From Candidatus Latescibacterota bacterium (GTDB taxonomy: Bacteria; Latescibacterota; UBA2968; UBA8231): a DNA stretch of 64,000 nucleotides. The stretch spans positions 5,056,001-5,120,000 of the forward strand of contig OZ253462.1 in NCBI GenBank assembly GCA_965261395.1, in the 5' to 3' direction. The notes beneath the pieces are model-generated. The model did no database searches, was not told where the DNA came from, and was given only the letters and a program-made list of their open reading frames with translations. Of the stretch, positions 1-10,150 are shown one piece after another. The first letter of the stretch is position 1. Every line of letters begins with the position of its first letter. The position numbers and the translations under genes are program-made.

Positions 1-304
1 GAAGAGGCCGAAGAGGCGATCGGCACGGCCTTGACGTACCTGCAAAAGCGATTGCATCAAGTCGATTTCGGCAGCCATCGCAAGGGCGGATACCCGATCG
101 GGTCGGGTGCGATCGAATCGGCGCATCGCTTCATCGGCCATGTTCGTCTGAAACGCTCGGGCGCTTGGTGGTATAAGGAAAACAGCAACGCCATTCTTGC
201 CCTGCGTTGCGCCTTGTACAATGGAACGCTTGACCGGGTCTTTCAGCAGTACCGAGACAACCTAAAAACAACCACCAAAACCGTAACAATCACCTAATGC
301 ACCC
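1..304 (+). mobile_element. 3' end of an ISKra4-family insertion sequence (transposase C-terminus, stop at 295-297; candidate right terminal repeat ending TGCACCC at 298-304)
   Basis: Frame is open from base 1. GYPIGSGAIESAHR...RLKRSGAWW...AILALR is the conserved ISKra4 transposase C-terminal block. Truncated by the window edge. Confidence 0.8.
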
Positions 305-988
305 ACCGAGTGGTGGCAGGAACAGGAGGATCAGCGCGGCCTGTGGAGGCGGGCACACCAAGAACCGCGTCTAGTGCTAAGCGAGGCCGAGATGCGCTAT
401 GTCGCGGATATACAAGGGGTCGAGGTCTGCGTGTTGGGGAGCGGCGACAACGAGGTAGCCTTTGCATTGGCCGGTCTCGGCGGGCGCGTCACCTCCGTCG
501 ATATTTCCGCGCGTCGCCTAGCCGTAGTCGCAGACCGGGCGCGCACCCTCAATTTCTCCGTGCGGTTTGTGCAAGCGGATGTGACGGACCTATCCGTCCT
601 CGCGGACGATTCCTTCGGCTTGGTGTACACCGGCGGACACGTGTCCGTGTGGGTTGCAAACATCCAACAGTACTATGAGGAAGCCGGGCGCATCCTCGCA
701 CCGGGAGGCCTTTTCGTCGCGCACGAGTACCACCCCATGCGGCGGATGTGGGAAGATGCCGACAGCTACGAGCCCCGCTATCGCTATCTAGATCGCGGTC
801 CCCATCGCAGCTCTTCGACATTCGAATACCACTGGACGGTTGCCGATCACGTGCAGGCCGCTATCGATGGTGGCTGCCGCATCGTCGAGGTCGTCGAATA
901 CGGAGAGCAAATCGAGGAAGAACAGTGGCTGGAGAAAATGCCCGCGCATTTGTTGATCGTCGGGCGGAAGGAAGGGAGCGCAGGATAG
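305..988 (+). pseudogene. Class I SAM-dependent methyltransferase, probably 5'-truncated by the IS (ORF track start GTG at 374)
   Basis: VLGSGD motif-I-like segment, VDIS, QADV, LAPGG. The frame stays open upstream of 374 (TEWWQEQEDQRGLWRRAHQEPRLV) up to the IS end, with no ATG. Confidence 0.65.
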
Positions 989-1025
989 AAGGATATGCCG
1001 GCGGCACTAGACGGGATTACTTAGC

Positions 1026-1630
1026 CTATTTTCTAATTTGATAGTCATTCCATTTTTTAGATTTTCCATAAAATGTTTTTAATGCTCTCTTCAATTGAGG
1101 GTCATTGATTGCGTCTATCCAGACTTCATAGCTCGCCGACCAAACATCACATTCGTTTGCTTTCGCTAGTACACCATCCATATCTTTATCTTTTTTAAAT
1201 TTTTCCTCATACTGATTAAATCTATCTCTGATTTGTTGCGTCATAAATTTTTTATTAATTTGCTCATCAATTTTGTACTTCTCAAGTGTCTCTTCAGGTG
1301 CAACAACTGCGAAGAAAATTTTACAGGATGTGTCTTTTGTTACATAAGCAATACAAGCCAAACTGCGGCTTGCCTGATTATAATTTTTAGCATGTGTTAC
1401 ACCTTGTCCCAAATTACTCCCCATCTTCGCTTCAACGAGGCCAAATAGGTTAGGATTGTTTTTTAACTTGATTTCCGAGTTATATTCAAATTATCTTCAA
1501 TTGAAAACTTAACTAACAACCGAGTCATCCATCCCTCATTGTATATTTGAGTAGGATTTAAATTCGACTGTTTCTGATCTATACTATCAATAATTCCGTT
1601 TATACCGCACAATTCCGTGCGAGTTTCCAT
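1026..1630 (-). pseudogene. Low-GC hypothetical PD-(D/E)xK-like nuclease split across two frames
   Basis: ATG at 1630 gives METRTE...PTQIYNEGWMTRLL...KSS* (stop 1463). A second frame carries EIKLKNNPNLFGLVEAKMGS...YNQASR to stop 1026. Much more AT-rich than the flanks. Confidence 0.55.
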
Positions 1631-1661
1631 AATATTTATCTTTCGATTAAATGAAGTCGGA

Positions 1662-3716
1662 TTACTCCAATAACGCCTTGAGCAACGCATCTGGCACATC
1701 GGAATAAAACAGGATATTGATTCGCGTCGCCATGTCATCCGACAGTTCGAATAGCTGCTTTCGCGCCAACACCGGCATCAGCAGGGTATCTACCCCCCTA
1801 TCAATTGCGATATCAACGACGCTGACCGCATTGGCCAACGGTTCTACCGACCCTCCGAGATTGAGAGCACCGACAACAACTAGGCCACCTTTCGTACCCT
1901 TCTCAAGCAACCCACTACAAAGCGCCATTAGTGCCGGCAGCCCCAGCGCGGTGCCCCTATGATCATTATCCATTGCACGAAGCTGCACGGAAAACTCGTG
2001 TAAATGCGGGTCCCGGTCTCCAACGAGTTCTGCTGCCCGAGTATACAAATTCTGTTCCGCGTACCTGACGCTTTCACGGAAAGCAGGCGGGGCTGGGGTA
2101 TTCAGTATCCTGACACCGTCCCCTCTCCCGACCGTTACTTCAATACGATAGAGACTCGGGCCTGTTTCAGGCTCGCCAGGGCTAATGCCCCAAACTTGGC
2201 CGGGCGGCAAGGGATCCAAGTCAATGGCTTCGTCGCTGTGGAGTTCCGGCGTCGAGACGAACTGTTCGATGCCGTCCTCACCAATCGAGTAACTGAAATG
2301 AGTGTTCCGGAACTCGCTTTTGAATACCCGTTTCTGTTGTTCCTTGACCCGACGACGGGCTTCCAAAGCCATGCGAACCATATCTTCTAGCTCATCGTCT
2401 GGCACCTCCATTTCCGGATCTGGATAGAGCAGTTTCAACAGTCCGCTTACAGTCTTGTTGACGGCGGTAATGTCTCGTCCGCTCAGAGCACCACCATAAT
2501 TTACGCGCCCTTGCAGCACTGAAATGCGGCTGCCATCACGGAGTCGGCTCCAGCATTCGGACAGAAAATCAGAGACCAAGCCGAAGTGATCCGTGAAATG
2601 TTCGTTCGGGTTAAGTTTTGGGAAATCCCATCCCGGCACGTAGGCATGGATGCGATCCATGAACGCCGTATCTTCCCTCATCTCGGACGGCAGCGGGCTC
2701 AGGAGATGGCCGACGCGCTGTTGATGTTCGACATCGACATTCAGATTGCCAACCATCACGATGCCGCCGTCCGCGCGTATGCTCTCCTTGCCGCGAGAAA
2801 ATTCACCGGACTCCATGTAGCCTTTCAGGATGTTCACGCCATCCTTCTGATCGAAGGACACGCCAGAGATCTCATCGAAGCAAACCACGTCGTACTGACA
2901 CACCAGACCGCGTTGGCCAGAGGCATTGTTGACGAACATCTTGGCGACGGTCGCCTTGCCACCGGAGACTAGGTGTGCGTATGGGGAAATTTGCTGGAAC
3001 AGATGGCTCTTGCCGGTACCACGCGGTCCTAGCTCGACGAGGTTGTAGTTGCGCTCCACGAACGGAACCATCCGTATCAGAGCGACCAATTGGGCGCGCT
3101 CCGACAAGGCGGCCGGCTCTAAGCCTATACTGCGAAGCAAAAGATCCGTCCATTCCTCCTTGGTAAACTCGCGTCGGGCACGTTGAAGTGCATCGAGCAC
3201 ATCGGCTTTCGATAACTGAATTGCCCGGAGGCCGTCGATGGCAAATGGACGACCTCCCTGTTCCAGCGCGATCACCGCGTCATAGCCCAACGTCACTTCC
3301 GCATAGAAACCATCGGTCAACATGCGTTCATGCTGCTTGACCAAGTCGTCGTCTATCCGTACGCCCCTGATAGCAAGACTTGGCAGTTCGGCAATAAATG
3401 AGTCCGTTTTCGCGTCTAGCTTCGCCTTGATGATATCTATTAGCTTGATGGAGCCCTGTTCCCGAGATCTAGCTTTGAACAGTTCCTCTTCGCCCGTTCT
3501 GACGGTGCGATCCGCTAATTGACGCTCGACGATCTCCAGCCCTTCGGCGATTTCCTGCTCGTCCGTACTCGCGCAGTAACGCCCTAGAAGGAACTCAACC
3601 ACATAGGTCGGCACCGGATATTGGCGGCTGTACTTGCGCACTAGATCCTTGCGGACCAAGTAGCCGTCAAACGCCGATGCAGCTAAACGATCCAACTTGT
3701 CGAGTTCTACACTCAT
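1662..3716 (-). CDS. brxL: BREX Lon-related AAA+ protein BrxL
   Basis: 684 aa; VPTYVVEFLLGRYC N-terminus, Walker A GPRGTGKS, VCFDE, AFMDRIH, C-terminal Lon-like domain; ATGA overlap with pglZ. Confidence 0.93.
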   Translation of the reverse strand: MSVELDKLDRLAASAFDGYLVRKDLVRKYSRQYPVPTYVVEFLLGRYCASTDEQEIAEGLEIVERQLADRTVRTGEEELFKARSREQGSIKLIDIIKAKLDAKTDSFIAELPSLAIRGVRIDDDLVKQHERMLTDGFYAEVTLGYDAVIALEQGGRPFAIDGLRAIQLSKADVLDALQRARREFTKEEWTDLLLRSIGLEPAALSERAQLVALIRMVPFVERNYNLVELGPRGTGKSHLFQQISPYAHLVSGGKATVAKMFVNNASGQRGLVCQYDVVCFDEISGVSFDQKDGVNILKGYMESGEFSRGKESIRADGGIVMVGNLNVDVEHQQRVGHLLSPLPSEMREDTAFMDRIHAYVPGWDFPKLNPNEHFTDHFGLVSDFLSECWSRLRDGSRISVLQGRVNYGGALSGRDITAVNKTVSGLLKLLYPDPEMEVPDDELEDMVRMALEARRRVKEQQKRVFKSEFRNTHFSYSIGEDGIEQFVSTPELHSDEAIDLDPLPPGQVWGISPGEPETGPSLYRIEVTVGRGDGVRILNTPAPPAFRESVRYAEQNLYTRAAELVGDRDPHLHEFSVQLRAMDNDHRGTALGLPALMALCSGLLEKGTKGGLVVVGALNLGGSVEPLANAVSVVDIAIDRGVDTLLMPVLARKQLFELSDDMATRINILFYSDVPDALLKALLE

Positions 3717-6058
3717 GAATAACCCCCTACGATTACAGCCTGTTTTGCCAGCACATTACCGCCATCATCCAGTACGACGACCACAGCCGATTTGCCCTCC
3801 AAATCGTCGTCTTCCACTAGCAGGCTTGTCGAGCCTTCGGCATTCACTGTGCGCACACCAGTGATGCTAGAATCGGCATTGTTGACCTCGGTACGCACAT
3901 CAACGGACCACCCTAGCTGAGCCGGCTCGATCCGCACTCGACAGCGGAACCCAACCCAAGACACCTCTGCGATCTGTGGAGCCGTTGCTTCTGGTGCCGT
4001 TCCGCCTGTCACGCTGATGACCGGAATCAAGCCCTCTTGCAGACTCAAGCCGCCGTGTGCGTACTTGTGGCCTTCTGAGAAGCAGGCAATGCCAGGCGCA
4101 ACCGCGACCCGTTCCTCGACATTCCAGTTCCAGGGGACGGTGGGAACTTCGACATTGGAGCCCCCCTTTATCACGGCGCACCGAGCCCAGCGGCTCTCGG
4201 TCAGGTACCTCGGCAGCTCAACCTTCGGCAATCCGCCGGGTAGCCAGAGCCAACCATGATCCGTTACCACCCGAACCTCATCCCAACCCGCTTTGAGGAG
4301 GGACTCGATACGTTCAAGAAGCAACTCAATCTGACCGTGGACTTGCCCCGCGAGTTTGTCTTGCAGCGAGTGTCCCTGCGTGTCCAGATTGCCGCTCTCG
4401 GTCCAACCACGGCTTGATGGATCGCCTGTTTCATCCGCGCTCAGGTATTGGTAGCCAGCGGCGGTCAATAGCTTGCGGAACTGATGTGTAGTCAATGGCT
4501 GCCCTGCATCCGCGATCGCGGGAGAGAAGTCCTCTCCGAGCGAGAGGCCCTTGACACTCTGGGAGATGGGCGAAACCGCTGGCTTGGCGGTCGCGGTTAC
4601 GCTCGGTAGCCCCGCCCATCTAGTCTGCAGAGTCACTGACCAACCCTTGATGTGCATCCGTTCTACAAGTCGCTGGGAGATATCGAATCGAAGGCCATCT
4701 GCAAAAAGAATTACTCCACCTAACTCTACCACGACATCTTTTAGCCCCTGAGCTTCCTGCCCCGGCAGGGGGTCTCTTTCAGCCAGTTTCTGTAGGTGCT
4801 CGGCGGCAGACTCCAGCCAAGACTTGTAGATGACATCCAAGGTCTTGCTCACGGCCTGCATGTCAGCAGCCGTCTTCACCGTGGCCATCGCAGACAGCGC
4901 GGCAGCATCAACCTTCCAAGCTGTATCGACGTACTGATCCGCCATCTCCGCCGTGGATGCACCGCCAAGCCCCGTAGCCGTGTGCTCGGCCAGTACCGCC
5001 AAGTGCGCGAGCGCACGGGCAAGCGGAGCTTGCTCCAGCTTGGCCCAAACCCAATCTCGCCTAGGGCCATGCTGTGTCTCAAGTTGCCGTACTAACTCAC
5101 GTGCTTTGGCAGGCGTCGAATGTTCCAAGGCGAGCAACGCTTGCCGCAACTCCTGCTCTTCCTTCTCGTTCACTTGGGGCCAGGAAGAACGCTCTACGAA
5201 CAATTCACTCGGCATGGCCTTCCGCAAGAGTGCGGGAATTCCCGGATAGAGCACAGGAGACTCCGCGAACCGCCCCCACACCACTGCCCACGGGTCTTCC
5301 CGCTTGCCCAGCAGTTCAGCACCGACCAACGCGCCGTCCCTGTCTGGGTCGAACTTGTAATCATCTTGGCAGCACGATTTGAAGGCACTCCAGCGGCTAT
5401 CGCTCCATTGGGACTTAACCGTTTCCGGCTCATTCAGCCAGCGCAGCAGATCCCTGACTATATCGTCGGAAAAGAGCCGGTTGAAGTCCTCCGCCTCAAG
5501 ATGCTTGCCGGTTAGATGCTCTACTGCCGTCGTAGCTAACTCCTCCAACGCGCCGAGCATTGCCTGTCGAGTGGCATCATCGCGCGCGAGGTCCAGGCCA
5601 AGCCCTCCGTCCTCGGACACAAGAAATGCCTCGACCGTCCAGTCCTTGCCGTTCTTTTGAGTCCAACAGACCCCGCGATACTGAAGCTCGACCAGCGGCT
5701 TCAGGTTGTCTGGGCACTCCTGGACCGCCCGGAGCTTCTGCCGGCTAACGTGGGGGAGGTATAGAATCGGAGGATTCTCTTCGAGCCATTCAATGTTTGG
5801 CAACGCCCGGTCCACTGCACTTCGCAGCCAGATCGCCGGGCCGGTGCGTTGATCTGGCTGGTATTCCCCGAGCGTCAGGAGGTGCGGCAGCAGTTGCCGG
5901 AGTAGAGGAATAATAGGCTGCCACTGAGCCTCCTGATCCGTCCACAGGATGGCGCACGGACGCACGGCGTCATTTGGGTTGTACCTGACCGCATCCTCAA
6001 GGGAACGAATCAATGCCTCAGTTACCGTTAATCTCGAGTGGTCGGCCTGAATCTCCAT
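3713..6058 (-). CDS. pglZ: BREX-1 phosphatase/nuclease PglZ (type B)
   Basis: ILWTD and GPAIWLR near the N-terminus; alkaline-phosphatase-fold motifs ADGLRFD, LPSVTATAK, VTDHGW, HGGLSLQE. Start moved to ATG 6058. Confidence 0.92.
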   Translation of the reverse strand: MEIQADHSRLTVTEALIRSLEDAVRYNPNDAVRPCAILWTDQEAQWQPIIPLLRQLLPHLLTLGEYQPDQRTGPAIWLRSAVDRALPNIEWLEENPPILYLPHVSRQKLRAVQECPDNLKPLVELQYRGVCWTQKNGKDWTVEAFLVSEDGGLGLDLARDDATRQAMLGALEELATTAVEHLTGKHLEAEDFNRLFSDDIVRDLLRWLNEPETVKSQWSDSRWSAFKSCCQDDYKFDPDRDGALVGAELLGKREDPWAVVWGRFAESPVLYPGIPALLRKAMPSELFVERSSWPQVNEKEEQELRQALLALEHSTPAKARELVRQLETQHGPRRDWVWAKLEQAPLARALAHLAVLAEHTATGLGGASTAEMADQYVDTAWKVDAAALSAMATVKTAADMQAVSKTLDVIYKSWLESAAEHLQKLAERDPLPGQEAQGLKDVVVELGGVILFADGLRFDISQRLVERMHIKGWSVTLQTRWAGLPSVTATAKPAVSPISQSVKGLSLGEDFSPAIADAGQPLTTHQFRKLLTAAGYQYLSADETGDPSSRGWTESGNLDTQGHSLQDKLAGQVHGQIELLLERIESLLKAGWDEVRVVTDHGWLWLPGGLPKVELPRYLTESRWARCAVIKGGSNVEVPTVPWNWNVEERVAVAPGIACFSEGHKYAHGGLSLQEGLIPVISVTGGTAPEATAPQIAEVSWVGFRCRVRIEPAQLGWSVDVRTEVNNADSSITGVRTVNAEGSTSLLVEDDDLEGKSAVVVVLDDGGNVLAKQAVIVGGYS

Positions 6059-6063
6059 GGTGT

Positions 6064-7329
6064 TCACGATATATCCGCGGCCCAAATCGTCAGCATGAGC
6101 TCCGACTCGCCGATCGGGCGGTGCTCTGGAAGTTTACCGGATAGTCTTTCGCTGTTGTCCATGATGATGCGCACGCCTTCTCCACGTGTGTCCATCATGG
6201 TTCGACGATCCGTCGTCAGCCATGCCTTGTCAGTCGGAACTAGACATTTGGCGAGCAGACTAGTGATGATTTCATTTCGAGCCGATTGCAGGTAGGCAAG
6301 GTCCTCAACTGTCATCGCATTCGGGAGCGAGCCCGGGGAATAAAGCTCTAAACGGTCGCTGAACAGCCGTAACCGGATCTTTGAGCCGTGAATGGAATAG
6401 TCTCGGTGGGCGACCGCGTTGACCATAGCTTCGAAGACAGCCGTCATGTCAAATTGCGGTCGGTCCAGACGCCCCTGATCCTTAAAGGCGGCTGTCTTCA
6501 TGTTATTTGCCACGAACCGACAGGCTTCCACGACCTGTAAATCGAGTGGGCCAGAGATATCCGCGGCGTCGAGTTGATAGGGATCGGTGGATTCGTCGGT
6601 TCGAATATCAACTCCCCGATAGGAAACGGCCTGTACATAGGCATTGGGGAGCCATTCCCGGGGGTCTTCGGAGGCCATCAACACGCCAGCGACCGTTGGC
6701 CTCAGCGTCCCGTCGTCATCGGTACGTGCCATGTGGAGCTTGGACAGGAAATTCTCTCGCTCGTCTCGGGATCGAGAAGTCAGGAATCGCTCCCAAAGGT
6801 CTGGCTGCAAGTCGTGCAATTCAGCGGGATGAACGATTTGCTCGTCGAACCGGATGATACGGGTCTGACTGCGCTGCTGGAACAATCGAGCAAGGTATTC
6901 GGATGACATAACGCGCTTGGTGCTGCCGACGCGGTGCAGAAAACCCCCAGGGCTTCGATGTACGAAAAGACTGCGAGGCACATCAATCCTAATAACGGCC
7001 ACATCCTCGCCGGTGGTCGCGGGCAGCCGCAAGGGGTCAATGATGGGGGCTATGGGCGGATCGATGGAGTCGTGGCAAAGCTCGTGGACGAAACGCTCTA
7101 CCACGTCGAGATGCTGTTCCGGAATCCCCAGAATCTCACGTGTCTTGTCATGTACGCCGAGCACCAGCACCCCGCCGTGGCTGTTGGCGAAGGACGCTAG
7201 CTCATCGGCGAGGTCGCTTTGCCTTGGACCACGAATCTTGCTGCCGGCAAAGCGCACCTCCTTCAGTTCGAGAAAGCTGCCTTCGCCTAGGTGGATCTTC
7301 TCCAGCAGTTCTCCGCGTGTTGCAAACAT
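6064..7329 (-). CDS. Schlafen/AlbA_2 domain + HATPase_c_4 (RecG C-terminal-like) protein
   Basis: GEGSFLELK and ASFANSHGGVLVLGVHD (AlbA_2); EAMVNAVAHRDYS and RGEGV (HATPase_c_4). ATG 7329 lies 1 nt after the upstream stop. Confidence 0.85.
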   Translation of the reverse strand: MFATRGELLEKIHLGEGSFLELKEVRFAGSKIRGPRQSDLADELASFANSHGGVLVLGVHDKTREILGIPEQHLDVVERFVHELCHDSIDPPIAPIIDPLRLPATTGEDVAVIRIDVPRSLFVHRSPGGFLHRVGSTKRVMSSEYLARLFQQRSQTRIIRFDEQIVHPAELHDLQPDLWERFLTSRSRDERENFLSKLHMARTDDDGTLRPTVAGVLMASEDPREWLPNAYVQAVSYRGVDIRTDESTDPYQLDAADISGPLDLQVVEACRFVANNMKTAAFKDQGRLDRPQFDMTAVFEAMVNAVAHRDYSIHGSKIRLRLFSDRLELYSPGSLPNAMTVEDLAYLQSARNEIITSLLAKCLVPTDKAWLTTDRRTMMDTRGEGVRIIMDNSERLSGKLPEHRPIGESELMLTIWAADIS

Positions 7330-7330
7330 C

Positions 7331-10150
7331 TCAGATCTCTCGCCCCAAGCGTTCCCAGCGCCGAGCGAACGCCTCCCGTCCGCCCTCCATGACCCGACAG
7401 ACTTCTTCGCGGACTGCTCCTTCCTGTAGGGCACCGTGCTCAATGACTCTGCATTGGCCGCCGCTAAAATCGAAAGCATATACCATTTCCGCGTCTCCGT
7501 TGATCATCACATTGGGGTTATGGGTGACTATGATCAGTTGTCGCCGCAATTTGTTCTCGCGAATCTGTCGTACGACCAAGTCGTAAATCAGGTGGTTGTC
7601 CAGATCGTCCTCGGGCTGATCCAATACAAGGGGCTCATCGCCAAATGCAAGCAGGAACGCCAGCAGTGCCGCTGAACGCTGTCCTTGCGAGCCTTGGGTG
7701 ATGGACGTCCAATCACTGCCGTCCCCCTGGCGGCTGTACTCAATCCGCAGGTCGTCCTCTGGAAACCAGCACTGGATGTGATCGGCGAACTCCAGCTTCC
7801 CGTGCTTACGTTCAAGGTAGTTGCGAAATTGGCCGTGGAAATCAGTGCAAGTTTCTATCAGTCGCCGTTTAGCAGCATCTAGCGCCACTTCGCGATCTTC
7901 GTCCTGAGCGATGTCAAAGGCCAAGCCGCCAACGGGTTCGCCTCCTTCCTCCCGCAGAATGTCGTGTTCAAAACGACCATCTGTCACCTCGGTAATTCTA
8001 CGTAGGCTGTGCTCGATATGACGAGGATCAAAGCCGAATCCGACGACCTCAATTTTCACGAAGGTGTTGGTCTCCAGCGTTTTCGCAACGAACTCAGCGC
8101 GTGCCCGTGTGATGGCCTTGCGCGCTTCAAGCACTCGTTGCCACTGTTCTTTGTTGTCTTCGTTAAGGCGATCCCAATCCTGACGCAACTGATCGAGCTG
8201 CTTTAGTCGCGCTTCGAGATTCTGACGCTCCTGTACCAAACGCCCAAAGGCTTGCGGATCGGTCACTCCCTGAGCGGCGAGTGTCGTTTGAAGAGCCTTG
8301 TAGTCCGATCCGGCCTTCTCGGCACGCTGCTGCCACAGGCTAAGTCTTTCGTCCTTTCGCAGCTTCTGCACCTTGTCCGTAAATGTGTCGGCGCTACGAG
8401 TGAGTGCCCCCCGCATTTCTGCCACGAGCTGCTCGGTTTCGCTCCGCCAAGCGAGGGCGTCGCCATCCTGTGCGGCATCGAAGACGCCATCTGGCCAGTC
8501 GTCGAGCAGCAAATCCTCCGCCAACGCCGTAATACGTCCAAGCATTTCTCGCAATTGTTCCGAAGTCGTATCTATCTCCCGGCGTTGACGCAGTGCCTGT
8601 TGGTGAGCTTTCAGTACTTCAGCGTGATGTGATTGTGTGAACGCTGCGAGCTTGCGGGTCAAGTCCGTGAGCCTGCGTTCCAATTCCGGTCGCTCACCTA
8701 GTTTTCCACCCAGTTCACGCAGCCTAGCTCGCTGTGCTAAATAGGTGGTTTTCATCTCGTCGAAGGCGCGATGTAAACCGGCGACGTCAGCCGAGTCGTC
8801 GATGACATCGAGCAAAGCCTGCCGACTCTCGCCCGCCATGGCCGCAATCTGGCCCTGCGAAAGCAGCCGGATTGGGAAACGCTCGGAGTTCACCTCTTGG
8901 CTCGCAGCGGGCTGCCATTGGCAGTCCGTGTCTCGTTCTTCAACAACGGCCTCTTGACCATCTTGTCGCCAACGCAAGATGTGCTCTACACCGTCGCGCA
9001 TCAGCTCCACGCGAATCTCCGTAGCATCGCGCAACCCACCATGCCCATTGCGTCCCTTGACAGGTTGGGAAAAACTTTTGAACTGGCGATAGGCTTCTGT
9101 TTCTTCGCCCAAATGCTGTAACTCTTTATCGCGCCGATACGCGAGACGCAACGCATGGACAATCGTGGACTTGCCAGTACCGCGCCCACCAATCAGCGCG
9201 TTGTAGTACGGTGTGGGGGCAAGCCGTGTCGTGGTGTCTATACCCATAAATCGAGCAGATTCGACCTCAATGCCGGTGATGAAGTGAGTGGGCTTCCGGA
9301 ACGGATCGAACTCCCCCTCGTCATCGCTCCTTCGAATCGAAATTTCGTTGCCATCTAGGAGTGCGAGACGTAGCCCTTCTAATGTGGGCTTTGCCATCTT
9401 GACCCAAGCGTAACGAGATCCGGGAATACGCTTGCCTTGGAAGCTGTGGCAGTCACTACCGAGCACCCGCGCCAACTTTTTGACCCGTTTCTCGAAGTGC
9501 CTAGGGAATGGATGCCCCATGTCTTCCCACTCCATTGCCAGCAAACATTCAGTATCAAGTACTTGGCGAACCGTGTTGGCGTCGAGTTGGCACTGACAGG
9601 TGCCTGCACGTACAGCGAGAAGGCCCTTGCCGTTGCCATTTTCACCTTGCCGGTCAGCGTGAGCTGGGATCGGAATGCCTCCGGCGTCCCTAATTTCACA
9701 AACCACATCGGCTGCGCCCTTGCGCGTCACCCCGGCGCTGTCTCCCTTGGTTCCGTCATAATCCACCTGCCCCAGTAGAGTGTCGATGTGGCTGGTGGTG
9801 GCATTGGGGGCTAGGATGGCGAGCAGGTGGAATCCCCCCTGTACCGAAATCTCGACCCCTGGGAACAGCGTCAGTTCTCGAAACCCTTCCGGTGGCGATC
9901 CCCCATCGGCTTGCCTTTTCATCGCCTCATAAGCGGCTTTAAGGAGATCAACCCAGGCACCGCTGTTGTGGTCAGTGATCGCCACACAGTCGATTTCGGC
10001 GGCCATGTATCGGAGCAGCCATTTTTCCGGTGCTAGGTCGATACCCTGTTGAGCCCAGTAGGTGTCGGCGGAAGCCGGCGTATGCGTGTGGAAGTCGAAC
10101 TTCCACCAGCGCGATCCGGGGTAGGGCCAATCTTGCTGTGTGCTTGTCAT
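7331..10150 (-). CDS. PHP phosphoesterase + SMC/ABC-type ATPase fusion (TrlF family / Ppl-like)
   Basis: PHP motifs DFHTHTPAS, ITDHN, GVEI, HAD, GSDCH; Walker A GGRGTGKS; coiled coil; signature SQGQ; Walker B LVLDQPEDDLD; H-loop VTHN. ATG 10150 overlaps the pglX stop. Confidence 0.88.
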   Translation of the reverse strand: MTSTQQDWPYPGSRWWKFDFHTHTPASADTYWAQQGIDLAPEKWLLRYMAAEIDCVAITDHNSGAWVDLLKAAYEAMKRQADGGSPPEGFRELTLFPGVEISVQGGFHLLAILAPNATTSHIDTLLGQVDYDGTKGDSAGVTRKGAADVVCEIRDAGGIPIPAHADRQGENGNGKGLLAVRAGTCQCQLDANTVRQVLDTECLLAMEWEDMGHPFPRHFEKRVKKLARVLGSDCHSFQGKRIPGSRYAWVKMAKPTLEGLRLALLDGNEISIRRSDDEGEFDPFRKPTHFITGIEVESARFMGIDTTTRLAPTPYYNALIGGRGTGKSTIVHALRLAYRRDKELQHLGEETEAYRQFKSFSQPVKGRNGHGGLRDATEIRVELMRDGVEHILRWRQDGQEAVVEERDTDCQWQPAASQEVNSERFPIRLLSQGQIAAMAGESRQALLDVIDDSADVAGLHRAFDEMKTTYLAQRARLRELGGKLGERPELERRLTDLTRKLAAFTQSHHAEVLKAHQQALRQRREIDTTSEQLREMLGRITALAEDLLLDDWPDGVFDAAQDGDALAWRSETEQLVAEMRGALTRSADTFTDKVQKLRKDERLSLWQQRAEKAGSDYKALQTTLAAQGVTDPQAFGRLVQERQNLEARLKQLDQLRQDWDRLNEDNKEQWQRVLEARKAITRARAEFVAKTLETNTFVKIEVVGFGFDPRHIEHSLRRITEVTDGRFEHDILREEGGEPVGGLAFDIAQDEDREVALDAAKRRLIETCTDFHGQFRNYLERKHGKLEFADHIQCWFPEDDLRIEYSRQGDGSDWTSITQGSQGQRSAALLAFLLAFGDEPLVLDQPEDDLDNHLIYDLVVRQIRENKLRRQLIIVTHNPNVMINGDAEMVYAFDFSGGQCRVIEHGALQEGAVREEVCRVMEGGREAFARRWERLGREI

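Noticed and set aside
1662-2220. BrxL as an active Lon protease
   Set aside because: The Lon-like domain lacks the GPSAG serine motif and the downstream catalytic Lys context, so it is treated as a structural domain.
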